Position numbers and translations under genes: made by a program. Below are positions 24,318 to 33,297 of a stretch of DNA of 44,340 nucleotides, one piece after another. The stretch covers positions 1 to 44,340 of the forward strand of contig JAMOTN010000028.1 of assembly GCA_027062325.1 (NCBI GenBank), read 5' to 3'. How positions within the stretch are numbered: position 1 is the stretch's first letter; every line of letters begins with the position of its first letter. Origin of the DNA: a bacterium. GTDB lineage: Bacteria > JAMOTN01. Under the pieces are notes generated by a model, which made no database searches, was not told where the DNA came from, and saw only the letters and a list, made by a program, of their open reading frames with translations.

Positions 24318-26167
24318 TGTTGTTTGTAATATTAGCCATATTTTCAGGTTGTTCAAAAGATGTATCAAGTCGGACTTTAAATGTGCCCGATAGTTTGCTA
24401 AAAGGATACTTTAATTTGAAAATTGATAAGAAGATTGAAGTGCCTTATTTGTTGAATAAAGTAGCCTATAAAAGTGGTAAAGTTAGGTTTTGGGATCCGG
24501 TGAAGAAAGCTTATGGGGAATTGGATTTGGAAAAAGGAGATGTTGTAACTTTTTACTCCGAAATATTGGACAGGGGGCTGGCTTTTGACTGGGAGCTAAT
24601 ACTTCCCCACAAAGGCTTAAAGCTGGATGGAAAAAAGGCTGCTACATTAGAGTTAAGTGTGTCTCCTTATGAGAGATTTTCGTTTGTGAGAAGCAATGTT
24701 TGGAATTGGTACGACAGGGTATTTGGAAAGTATCTTAATGTGGATTTATCAACTAAGTACTTTGCATTTGGTAGATATGTTGTTGATTTAACTAGGTCAA
24801 AGTTATTTGAGTTTGCTGAAAAGGTGAAAGACTATAACTTGAAAGGATTTGTATTGCCCTACTTCAATGTGATTAGGGTAGAGAGAAAATCTCCTGTTTT
24901 TTTTATGTTTTCTCCCAAAAAAGTGAAGCTTTATAGAATAAAGGGATTGTTAAAGGAAGGAATTCCCAAATCGGCGTGTTATCTGTGGGGAAGTGGTGAT
25001 TTTATTTACTTAGTTGGAACAACGCTGGAAGACAGTTTAGGTAAAGTTAATATTGGTGAAGTGTCTGAGCTTTTATTTTACTCAAGTGTTGAATGTTTGT
25101 ATTCTACAGTTAGTGTTGTGGAGCAGTCTACTATATCTACTATGAAGAAGCTTTATAAATTAAAGGTTATAAAAGTAAAAGGACATCCGGTTTTGGAAAC
25201 GGGAGAGGTTAGATTGCTAGGAGGAGTTTATGCGCAGGAAGGGAAACTTAGACTTACCAAAGCACTTTTGCTGGTAGATGGTGATCGTATACTTCTGCTT
25301 GATGTAAAAACAGGAGGGAAAATTCAAAAAAAGGTTACTTATAATAACTTGGTGTATTTGAGGAGGTTGTTCAATTTACTAATCAAAAGTAGGGAATTCT
25401 ATATAACTAGATTCGGGGATATTTACTTAACTTTTAAAGATAAATGGTACGTAATTGAGAAAGAGAAGATAGATGCGAATACTATTGACAAGATTAGAGT
25501 GGCTAAACTCAAATCTTTCAAAGTGAACTTGAAAAGGTTGATTGCTTTAGATAGGAAGTGGGCAATTTATAGAGGATTGGATACCTTGATGGCTTTTGAT
25601 ATAGAGTGGAAAAGAGTATCTAAAATTAATATTCCATCGGATGTGGACTATTTTATGCGTTTTAATGATAAGATTTTCTTTGTGAGTGGGAAAATGTATT
25701 ACAGCTTTTCATCAAATGCTGATGTATTTGAGTTTACTCCGTGGCGTTGGGAAGATTTTTTGGGGAATGTGTTGGAATTCAGAGATGATGGGGTTTACTG
25801 TGTAGCAAGCAGTGAATTTAGATTAATAAAAGATAGATTTGACTATGGATTTTCTGATGATAAGTGGTATCTTTTTAGGCTTGATAGGCAGAGGTTGAGG
25901 ACTTGTATATGGATTGCAGAAGTTGAGGATATGTATCCTTATTTAAAGAGATGGTTGCACTATGGCTTGTATTCAAATATCATAGAATTTACTCATAAAC
26001 ATCCTTTGAATAGTCGTTTGCAATTGTTAGAGGCTTATTGCTACTATAAAATAGGGAATTTGAAATCAGCGGCAGCTTCTTTGGCTTTGGTGAATGAGGA
26101 AAAAGTGTGCAATGTGGAGAGAAGCTTTTTTAAAGAGTTGGAGAAGTTGGTGGTGAATAATAAGTGA
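24275..26167 (+). CDS. Hypothetical lipoprotein, beta-rich with one C-terminal TPR-like motif
   Basis: Lipobox FSGC; aromatic beta-rich body; terminal EAYCYYKIGNLKSA. Confidence 0.65.
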   Translation: MDSKGTGFKTLQLLVLFVILAIFSGCSKDVSSRTLNVPDSLLKGYFNLKIDKKIEVPYLLNKVAYKSGKVRFWDPVKKAYGELDLEKGDVVTFYSEILDRGLAFDWELILPHKGLKLDGKKAATLELSVSPYERFSFVRSNVWNWYDRVFGKYLNVDLSTKYFAFGRYVVDLTRSKLFEFAEKVKDYNLKGFVLPYFNVIRVERKSPVFFMFSPKKVKLYRIKGLLKEGIPKSACYLWGSGDFIYLVGTTLEDSLGKVNIGEVSELLFYSSVECLYSTVSVVEQSTISTMKKLYKLKVIKVKGHPVLETGEVRLLGGVYAQEGKLRLTKALLLVDGDRILLLDVKTGGKIQKKVTYNNLVYLRRLFNLLIKSREFYITRFGDIYLTFKDKWYVIEKEKIDANTIDKIRVAKLKSFKVNLKRLIALDRKWAIYRGLDTLMAFDIEWKRVSKINIPSDVDYFMRFNDKIFFVSGKMYYSFSSNADVFEFTPWRWEDFLGNVLEFRDDGVYCVASSEFRLIKDRFDYGFSDDKWYLFRLDRQRLRTCIWIAEVEDMYPYLKRWLHYGLYSNIIEFTHKHPLNSRLQLLEAYCYYKIGNLKSAAASLALVNEEKVCNVERSFFKELEKLVVNNK

Positions 26168-27057
26168 AAGTGATAAAATGTGGCTTATTGATAATTTTAT
26201 CTGGTTTATTGTTGAGTGTTGTAACGGGCTGTCAAAGGAAAAAGAAAGAGGTTATTAAGCCTATTCCTGTGAAACAGGAGGCCAAAAATGCTCAAACTTA
26301 TGTTGATTTAGGAATTGTTGCTATGACCAATGGACGTTTTAAAGTGGCAGAGGCAAACATCAAAGAGGCTATAAAACTCAATCCTAAATATGCTAAGGCG
26401 TGGCATGTGTTAGGGTTACTCTATATAAAGCAGAAGAAGTATCAGCAGGCTCAGATGCTTTTGGTTAAAGCAATAAAGTTAAAGCCAGATTACGTTCCTG
26501 CTTACTATGATTTGGGTATACTCATGGCAGAAATTTTTAATAAAAAAAATTTGGCAGAGAGGATATTTTTAAAGGGTTTAAAGGTCAAGCCTGATGATCC
26601 TTTTTTACATAAGGCTTTGGGAGCGCTTTATTATCAGGAAGGAAAGTACATAAAAGCTGCCAAAAATTTACGCTTTTATTATGAAAAGTATAAAAATGAC
26701 ATAGGGGTTGTGCTGGCTCTTGCTGATTCATATGTGAAGATAGGTTTTCCAGAGAAGGCTTATTCGATACTTGAGGAAAGCTTTAAAGCAAATCCAAGGA
26801 ATGTTGCTGTTCTTGAAAGGCTTGCAGATGTGTGTGTGAAAATAGGAAGGTATAGAGAAGCAGAGAGACGTTATAAGGAAGCCATACTTTTGGATTCGTC
26901 AAAAAAGAGATATTACTTAAAGCTTGCAGAAGTTTTCAAAAGTAATGGTAAACGAGATAAATATGTGCTGGCGTTGGAAGAAGCTTACTCACTTGATCCT
27001 TCTGACAGAAGTTTGAAAGCAAAGATAGAAATGTTGAAAGGAGGTTTTGAGAACTAA
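26164..27057 (+). CDS. TPR-repeat lipoprotein (PilF/Tgl-like architecture)
   Basis: Lipobox VTGC; about seven canonical TPRs (AIKLNPKYAKAWHVLG, AIKLKPDYVPAYYDLG). Confidence 0.85.
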   Translation: MKVIKCGLLIILSGLLLSVVTGCQRKKKEVIKPIPVKQEAKNAQTYVDLGIVAMTNGRFKVAEANIKEAIKLNPKYAKAWHVLGLLYIKQKKYQQAQMLLVKAIKLKPDYVPAYYDLGILMAEIFNKKNLAERIFLKGLKVKPDDPFLHKALGALYYQEGKYIKAAKNLRFYYEKYKNDIGVVLALADSYVKIGFPEKAYSILEESFKANPRNVAVLERLADVCVKIGRYREAERRYKEAILLDSSKKRYYLKLAEVFKSNGKRDKYVLALEEAYSLDPSDRSLKAKIEMLKGGFEN

Positions 27058-27072
27058 TTAAGTTAATTTAAT

Positions 27073-28830
27073 ATGGCAAAATTTGATTTTGATACGTTGA
27101 AGAGTTTGGAGAATCCGCTGTATCATATTCCTATTGAGTGGGGAGTTTCTTGTAAGGAAAATTGTAATGTTAGAGTGACGCTTCTTTATTGTGGTGATTA
27201 CCCTGTTGGAATGAGTTATCACGGTTTTAAAATTTTTTACCCGCTTTTTGATTCCATAGATGGAGTTTGCGTTTCCAGAGCATACTTGCCAAGTTTTAAT
27301 GATTATAAGATACTGAAGAATATTTACGACTTAGAGTATTCAAGAGCTATTAAAGACTCTGATCTCTTGGTGGTCACATACCAGACAGAGCTAAACTTTA
27401 TAGGACTTGCTACAGCATTGAAGCTAGCGGGGTTAGAGCTGCAAGTTGAGAAAAGAGAGGGGCCACTAGTGCTTGTGGGAGGACCAGCTTCGGTCAACCC
27501 AGCCCTTTCTCTGGTGATGGCGGATGCTGTCTTTGTAGGTGAAGGTGAAAAGCTTTTAGCAATGTTGTTAGAAGAGGCTGTTGAGAAGGTACAACGTTTT
27601 ACTAAAGGTTCAGTTTATAAAGATAAGCGGGAGATTTTCCTGGAATTGTTGGAAAAGGAGCCTTACTGTCATCATGTTTTAATTAATCCCAAACATAAAT
27701 CTTTTGCAGCTCAGAATTTGCCGGTTAGAAAAGCTTTGGTTGACTATACTGAGTACGTACCGACTCAATTTGTTGTCCCGTCGTGTCAAGTTGTGCAGGA
27801 TAGATTAACCGTAGAGATAAACCGTGCTTGTACTCGTGGATGTAGATTTTGTCTCGCTTCGTTTTATTACAGGCCTTATCGTGCTTTAGAGCCTGAAAGG
27901 GTGATAGAGGTTGTTAAAAAAGGGATAGCAAATACAGGTTATGAGGAGGTAGGGTTACTGTCTCTGAGTGCTTCGGACTACCCGTGGATTGAGGAATTAA
28001 TCAACCTGCTGGAAAAAGAGCTGCCGGAAGGGACTAAGTATTCATTTCCTTCTCTACGAGTTGATACTTTGTACCGCATTGCTAAGATGAAGCCGGAAAA
28101 GATGAAAAAGGGTGGTTTGACGGTTGCAGTAGAGGCTGGAAGTGAGCGTTTAAGGCGAGTTGTGAACAAAATGATAAATCTTGACGATTTGATGCCACAG
28201 CTTGAGTACTTTTTTAAAGCGGGTTGGAAACATGTTAAGTTGTATTTTATGATAGGCTTGCCTACAGAAACAGAGGATGATATAGGTGAATTGATTTCTT
28301 ATGTTAATGAGTTGGTTCAAAGATTTGGTAAAAAGAATGTGATTGTTAATATCTCAACTTTTGTTCCGAAACCGTTTACGCCGTTTGAAAAAGAAAAATT
28401 TTATGGGATTGAGTATGCAATTGATACTTTGCGGCGTTTGAAGAGAGAGCTTCGTGGAATAAGTTTACGGTGGAGTGATCCTACTCTTAGTGCTTTAGAA
28501 GCGCTTCTTTCGAGAGTAGATTTTGATTTGGCTTCGGCTCTTGCAGAGTTTTTCTATTCCCGGGGGAGTTACTACGCATTTGAAGGGAAGGGGATAAGAA
28601 GAGAGAGTTTTGCCCTAGAAGAGTTTTTAGTTTCATACTCTGCAGATGTTGAGAAGATTTTCAATGGCTCAAAAAGTCACTGGCATGATTTTATAAATTT
28701 GGGAGTTTCACCTGCTTTTCTTGAAAAGGAGAGACAAAAGGCTTATAGCGGGGAATACACAATTGATTGTCGTGAACGTTGCCTAGGATGTGGTCCAATA
28801 TGTGGTTGGTACTCAAGTATAAAAAAGTAG
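27073..28830 (+). CDS. B12-binding-like radical SAM protein (TIGR03960 type)
   Basis: YPVGMSY, GEGE, EINRACTRGCRFC (CxxxCxxC), KLYFMIGLPTE, FVPKPFTPF, C-terminal DCRERCLGCGPIC. Confidence 0.88.
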   Translation: MAKFDFDTLKSLENPLYHIPIEWGVSCKENCNVRVTLLYCGDYPVGMSYHGFKIFYPLFDSIDGVCVSRAYLPSFNDYKILKNIYDLEYSRAIKDSDLLVVTYQTELNFIGLATALKLAGLELQVEKREGPLVLVGGPASVNPALSLVMADAVFVGEGEKLLAMLLEEAVEKVQRFTKGSVYKDKREIFLELLEKEPYCHHVLINPKHKSFAAQNLPVRKALVDYTEYVPTQFVVPSCQVVQDRLTVEINRACTRGCRFCLASFYYRPYRALEPERVIEVVKKGIANTGYEEVGLLSLSASDYPWIEELINLLEKELPEGTKYSFPSLRVDTLYRIAKMKPEKMKKGGLTVAVEAGSERLRRVVNKMINLDDLMPQLEYFFKAGWKHVKLYFMIGLPTETEDDIGELISYVNELVQRFGKKNVIVNISTFVPKPFTPFEKEKFYGIEYAIDTLRRLKRELRGISLRWSDPTLSALEALLSRVDFDLASALAEFFYSRGSYYAFEGKGIRRESFALEEFLVSYSADVEKIFNGSKSHWHDFINLGVSPAFLEKERQKAYSGEYTIDCRERCLGCGPICGWYSSIKK

Positions 28831-29426
28831 GTTTGGCTGCTTTATTGTCTCAAAATGACATGCAGCTTGTGTTTACTCGTACGTTTAGGCGAGCAGGTTT
28901 GCCAGTGGTTTACTCTGATGGTTTTGCAGGAAGAGTGAAGATGGCTTTTTCACCAGCTCCACCGTATGCTGTTGAAGTTTTGAATGATGCTGTTTTTGTG
29001 GAGTTGAATGATGATTTAATTAAAGAAAGAGAAATTTTAGAAAGACTTAATAGATTTTCCATACCGGGAGTTGTTTTTACTGATGTGGCTACTTATTCTA
29101 AAAAGCCAAAAGTCGGAGATGTAATAAAATGTGTAGTTTACAAATTTTACTTTGTAGCTGAGGGCAGGGCTGATATAAATAGCAATGTGCTGGCTTTGAA
29201 CTTGGATTACTCTAAAAGGATTTTTTTAAAAAGAGGTTACTGGAAAATGCGTCCTAAGCGTTGTGAGTTGAGGGTGATGAAGGATGGTGTTCTTGTTTAC
29301 TTGTGGAAGAGTTTTTCAATGCCATCCTATAGAGAGGTTAGGGATTTTTTGGAAAGTTTTTTAAAGTTTGAAAAAGTTGTTAGAATTGCTACGTTAGTTG
29401 AGTTAGAGGATGGTAGCTTGATTTAG
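28800..29426 (+). CDS. Radical SAM-linked protein (DUF2344/TIGR03936)
   Basis: KYKKVG..LSQND..RTFRRAGLPVVYSDGF..KMAF; usual partner of TIGR03960. Likely ATG 28800 after AGGATGT. Confidence 0.85.
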   Translation: MWLVLKYKKVGLAALLSQNDMQLVFTRTFRRAGLPVVYSDGFAGRVKMAFSPAPPYAVEVLNDAVFVELNDDLIKEREILERLNRFSIPGVVFTDVATYSKKPKVGDVIKCVVYKFYFVAEGRADINSNVLALNLDYSKRIFLKRGYWKMRPKRCELRVMKDGVLVYLWKSFSMPSYREVRDFLESFLKFEKVVRIATLVELEDGSLI

Positions 29427-29456
29427 TTTACCCGTGTTCTCTGAATAGTTTAATAT

Positions 29457-30023
29457 TTATTCTTCGAATAGATAATAATATTTTCTTTTTCGACCGTACG
29501 AAAACAGGGCATAGTCTTTCGTAAGCTTTTTCAACTTCCAATTGTAAAAGTATCTTCCAAGAGCAACTCTTACTATTTTGGATTTCAATTTGAACCATCC
29601 GATGGTATGGCCGTTTTCGTAAGTGAAACCAAGATAGTGCAATACTTTTGAAGATGGGATGTATGGAGTACGATATCTTCTTCTATTTCTTTTAATTACT
29701 TTTGGTTTGGGGAGTTGATTTACGACAGCTTTTTTAATATCCTTTACGACTTGTATGAATTCATCGGAATTAGAAAGTTTTTTTATTTCTACATTTTTTT
29801 GGAAATTTTGATTTTGCGGAAGCGGTGTAGTTGAGGTTGAATTTGAATGGGTGATAGGAGTAGAAGTACTGTTATTAGATCTAGCTTCTGAATTTTTGCC
29901 TTGCTCATCTGTTTGAACAGGTATAGGTTTTGATGAAAGAGTAACGGGAAATTCAAAAGGGTTTCTGGCAAATACAAAATGTACTATGAGGATTGATAAA
30001 ATTACAATCATGATTTTATTCAT
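29457..30023 (-). CDS. PilP/GspC-like exported protein
   Basis: Signal peptide, RNPF motif, S/T/P-rich linker, C-terminal beta domain LHYLGF..GWF..VRVALG..WKLKKLTKDYALF. Confidence 0.55.
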   Translation of the reverse strand: MNKIMIVILSILIVHFVFARNPFEFPVTLSSKPIPVQTDEQGKNSEARSNNSTSTPITHSNSTSTTPLPQNQNFQKNVEIKKLSNSDEFIQVVKDIKKAVVNQLPKPKVIKRNRRRYRTPYIPSSKVLHYLGFTYENGHTIGWFKLKSKIVRVALGRYFYNWKLKKLTKDYALFSYGRKRKYYYLFEE

Positions 30024-30035
30024 ATTGCTTCACCT

Positions 30036-30341
30036 TTACTTTTTGCCCAAGAATTCTTTGGCTTGCTCTTCTGTCATTCGAAAGATTACGGTAAATGTTT
30101 TTAATTTTCTGTCGTATTTGACAGCTAAAAATGAGAAATGACCGTCAATTTTTTGTGCAAGTTCTCTTAGCTCTTCATATGAAGATAATGGAAGCTGAAA
30201 GTACACGGTCTTGGGAAGGGGAGCGGCCATAAGCATAGAGCAGGTTTTGTCTATTATGCCGCTCCCTGCCCAGATTATTATGGTTGTCAATAAAATAATC
30301 ACAAAGCTTTCAATCAATGCCAACGGTATCCACTTCATCAA
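30036..30341 (-). CDS. Small membrane protein, weakly PilO/GspM-like
   Basis: N-terminal TM, then FQLPLSSYEELRELAQKID..LAV..FTVIF (ferredoxin-like pattern); directly upstream of the PilP-like gene. Confidence 0.45.
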   Translation of the reverse strand: MMKWIPLALIESFVIILLTTIIIWAGSGIIDKTCSMLMAAPLPKTVYFQLPLSSYEELRELAQKIDGHFSFLAVKYDRKLKTFTVIFRMTEEQAKEFLGKK

Positions 30342-30615
30342 AAAATATTTCGCCCTGTATATGAAAAAATTTAGTTTGCTAGAGATTTATTTTAGTTGTC
30401 ATTTAATTTAACGAAAGACGATCTGAGTATTCTTGTCCACGTATTCTTTTCAAGAACTCAGAAGGAGGAAGTTTTAGAAATAAAGCTAGGTCTGTAAGCT
30501 GTGTACATTTGAGACAAATGCGTATCCCAAAGGATTTAATGGACATCACAGGAGTAGAAAATTTGCTAGAAGCCTATTTTATGCTGCGTTAGATATTCTT
30601 TAATAAAGTGTAACT

Positions 30616-33276
30616 CTAGGCTTCTTCTATTATTGCCCATGCTTTTTCAATTGCTTCTGAAATCTTAGTAACATCACGGCCACCTGCTTCTGCAATGTTT
30701 GGTTTACCACCGCCGCCGCCCCCCATAATGCGGGCAACTTCGCGGACAATATTTCCTGCATGGAATAGCTCTGTCAACTCTTTTGAAACTTTGGCAACAA
30801 CTTTTACAAGTTTTGATACTTTGCCTTTCTTTTTAATCTCTTCTTCTCGAAGTAGGACTACTATGGCCGGCTTCAAGTTGTCCTCTAGCTGATCAGCGAG
30901 CTGTTTTAGATCAATATTTTTCTCTTCTACTTCTGCAACTATTGCTTTAAACTCGACATTTTGCTTTTTGATTCCTTTTGCTTCTTTTAAAAGCTCATTC
31001 AAAAAGTTTGAACTCTTTAGCTTTTGAGCTTCAGCTAGTTCTTTTTTGAGTTCAACTATCCTTTTGTTGAGAGCTTCAGCTTTTGTTGGTAGTTCCTCAA
31101 AAGTATTGGCGCCAAGTAGCAATTGAGTTTCTATTAACGTGTCGCGCATGTTGTGAAGTAAGGCTAGTGCCTTTTTACCTGTATAGGCTTCTATTCTCCT
31201 CACACCGCTTGCTACACTTCCCTCAGTTGTTATGAGAAACATTCCAATGTCTCCAGTCTTTTTGCAGTGTGTACCACCACACAATTCGAGACTCCATCCG
31301 CCAATATTTACCAACCTTACCTTATCTGAGTACTTGTAGTCAAATAGAGCCATAGCTCCCATTTTACGGGCCTCATCGAGAGTAGTAGTAGTTATTTCAA
31401 CCTCCAAATTTTCAAGGATCTTTTCAAAAACTCTCTTTTCAATAGCTTTTAGCTCTATTTCATCGAGTTTTTTGGTATGTGTGAAGTCAAAACGCAGGTA
31501 ATCCTTCTCTACAAGAGAACCGGCTTGTTTTGCGTGTTCCCCAATGGTTTCTTGTAGGGCTTTGTGAAGAAGGTGTGTTGCTGTGTGTGCCCTCATGCAT
31601 CCCTTTCTTTTTTCCAAGTCAATCTTCATATGGACTTTGTCGCCGATCTTGAGAAATGTTGAGTTTTCAATCTTAATAGAGTGGGCCCAGACTTCTCCAA
31701 CAGGCTTTTGCACGTGAAATACGAAGCCAAAGTTAACGCCATCTTTGCTGATAATTCCTTCATCGGATACCTGACCACCGCTTTCTGCATAAAATACAGT
31801 CCTATCCAAAATAAGAACTATCTCTTCACCTTTTTGCAAGTTTAGTTCAGAGTATTCATTCAGAGAGTCACCATCACGTTTGAAGATTCCGATGACTTCA
31901 GCTTCCCCTTCCCAGTTTTCGTAGCCTATGAATTCTGTGGGTTGAAACTTTTCGAATTTACTCGCTTCAAGTTGAGCCTGCGAACCTTTCCAAGCACGGC
32001 GTGCGCGCTCTCTCTGTTCCTCCATCAGCTTTTCAAAGCCTTCCCAATCTACTTTAAGACCACGTTCTTTAGCTATGTCTTGAGCAATATCTGGTGGAAA
32101 TCCATAAGTGTCAAATAGTTTGAATACAACTTCTCCCGGAACAACGCTACTTACTTTTTCAAGTTCTTTTTCAAAGAAAGCAAGACCTCTTTCTAGGGTC
32201 TGTAAAAAGCGCTCCTCTTCTTGCTTTATAACTTCAGATACAAGAGATTTTGAACTTACTATCTCAGGATAAGCTTCTTTCATCTTGTCAACGACTGGTG
32301 AAACAAGTTGATAAAGAAATGGTTCTCTAAGGTTAAGCTTTCTTCCGTATCTGACGGCGCGACGAAGCAGCCTTCTTATAACATAACCTCTACCTTCATT
32401 TGTTGGTACAACCCCTTCGGATATGGAGAATACCAAAGCCCTTATGTGATCTGCTATAACTCTGAAAGCAACGTCGGTGTCTGTGTAAAGTCCATACTCT
32501 TTGCCGCTCAAATCCTCAATTGCTGACATGATTGGTTTGAAAAGATCGGTGTCGAAGTTTGTATACACTCCTTGCATTACAGCGGCGATTCTTTCTAAAC
32601 CCATCCCCGTATCTATGTTTTTTTGAGGAAGATCGGATAACGAGCCATCTGCGTTGTAAAAATACTGGGTAAAGACTAAATTCCATATCTCGAGGAACCT
32701 GTCACAATCGCATCCGGGACCACAAGTTGGTTTGCCACAACCAACCTCTTCCCCTTGATCGTACAAAATTTCGGAACATGGACCGCAAGGACCAGTTTCC
32801 CCAGCTGGACCCCACCAGTTGTCTTCTTTACCGAGTCGTACTATACGTGATTCTGGAATACCTATCTTTTTCCAGATTTCCGCTGCTTCATCATCAGTTT
32901 CAAATACAGTTACATACAGCCTATCCTTTGGAAGCTGTAAAACTTTTGTTACAAACTCCCAAGCCCATTCAATAGCTTCCTTTTTGAAATAATCTCCGAA
33001 GGAAAAGTTGCCAAGCATTTCGAAAAAAGTGTGGTGACGTGCAGTATATCCAACGTTTTCGAGATCACTTTCACGTAAACACTTTTGGACGGTTGTTATG
33101 CGGGGATGTGGTGGTTTTCTTATTCCTGCAAAGAAATCTTTGAATGGAACCATACCGGCACTTGTGAAGAGAAGAGTTGGATCTTCTTTTGGAACGAGTG
33201 GATACGACGGCTGCACCAGATGATCTTTTGATGCAAAAAATTCCAAGTATGCTTTTCTTATCTGAGAAGAAAGCAT
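30616..33276 (-). CDS. alaS: Alanine--tRNA ligase
   Basis: DPTLLFTSAGM, RHHTFFEMLGNFSFGDYFK, IDTGMGLER, HTATHLLH, ELCGGTH, GGGGGG. Confidence 0.98.
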   Translation of the reverse strand: MLSSQIRKAYLEFFASKDHLVQPSYPLVPKEDPTLLFTSAGMVPFKDFFAGIRKPPHPRITTVQKCLRESDLENVGYTARHHTFFEMLGNFSFGDYFKKEAIEWAWEFVTKVLQLPKDRLYVTVFETDDEAAEIWKKIGIPESRIVRLGKEDNWWGPAGETGPCGPCSEILYDQGEEVGCGKPTCGPGCDCDRFLEIWNLVFTQYFYNADGSLSDLPQKNIDTGMGLERIAAVMQGVYTNFDTDLFKPIMSAIEDLSGKEYGLYTDTDVAFRVIADHIRALVFSISEGVVPTNEGRGYVIRRLLRRAVRYGRKLNLREPFLYQLVSPVVDKMKEAYPEIVSSKSLVSEVIKQEEERFLQTLERGLAFFEKELEKVSSVVPGEVVFKLFDTYGFPPDIAQDIAKERGLKVDWEGFEKLMEEQRERARRAWKGSQAQLEASKFEKFQPTEFIGYENWEGEAEVIGIFKRDGDSLNEYSELNLQKGEEIVLILDRTVFYAESGGQVSDEGIISKDGVNFGFVFHVQKPVGEVWAHSIKIENSTFLKIGDKVHMKIDLEKRKGCMRAHTATHLLHKALQETIGEHAKQAGSLVEKDYLRFDFTHTKKLDEIELKAIEKRVFEKILENLEVEITTTTLDEARKMGAMALFDYKYSDKVRLVNIGGWSLELCGGTHCKKTGDIGMFLITTEGSVASGVRRIEAYTGKKALALLHNMRDTLIETQLLLGANTFEELPTKAEALNKRIVELKKELAEAQKLKSSNFLNELLKEAKGIKKQNVEFKAIVAEVEEKNIDLKQLADQLEDNLKPAIVVLLREEEIKKKGKVSKLVKVVAKVSKELTELFHAGNIVREVARIMGGGGGGKPNIAEAGGRDVTKISEAIEKAWAIIEEA

Positions 33277-33297
33277 TTTTATCCCTCCTTTGGAGTT

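Noticed and set aside
30350-30555. 6S RNA
   Set aside because: Only a short CCTGT/ACAGG end pairing; the interior is AT-rich and does not form the long rod with a central bubble.
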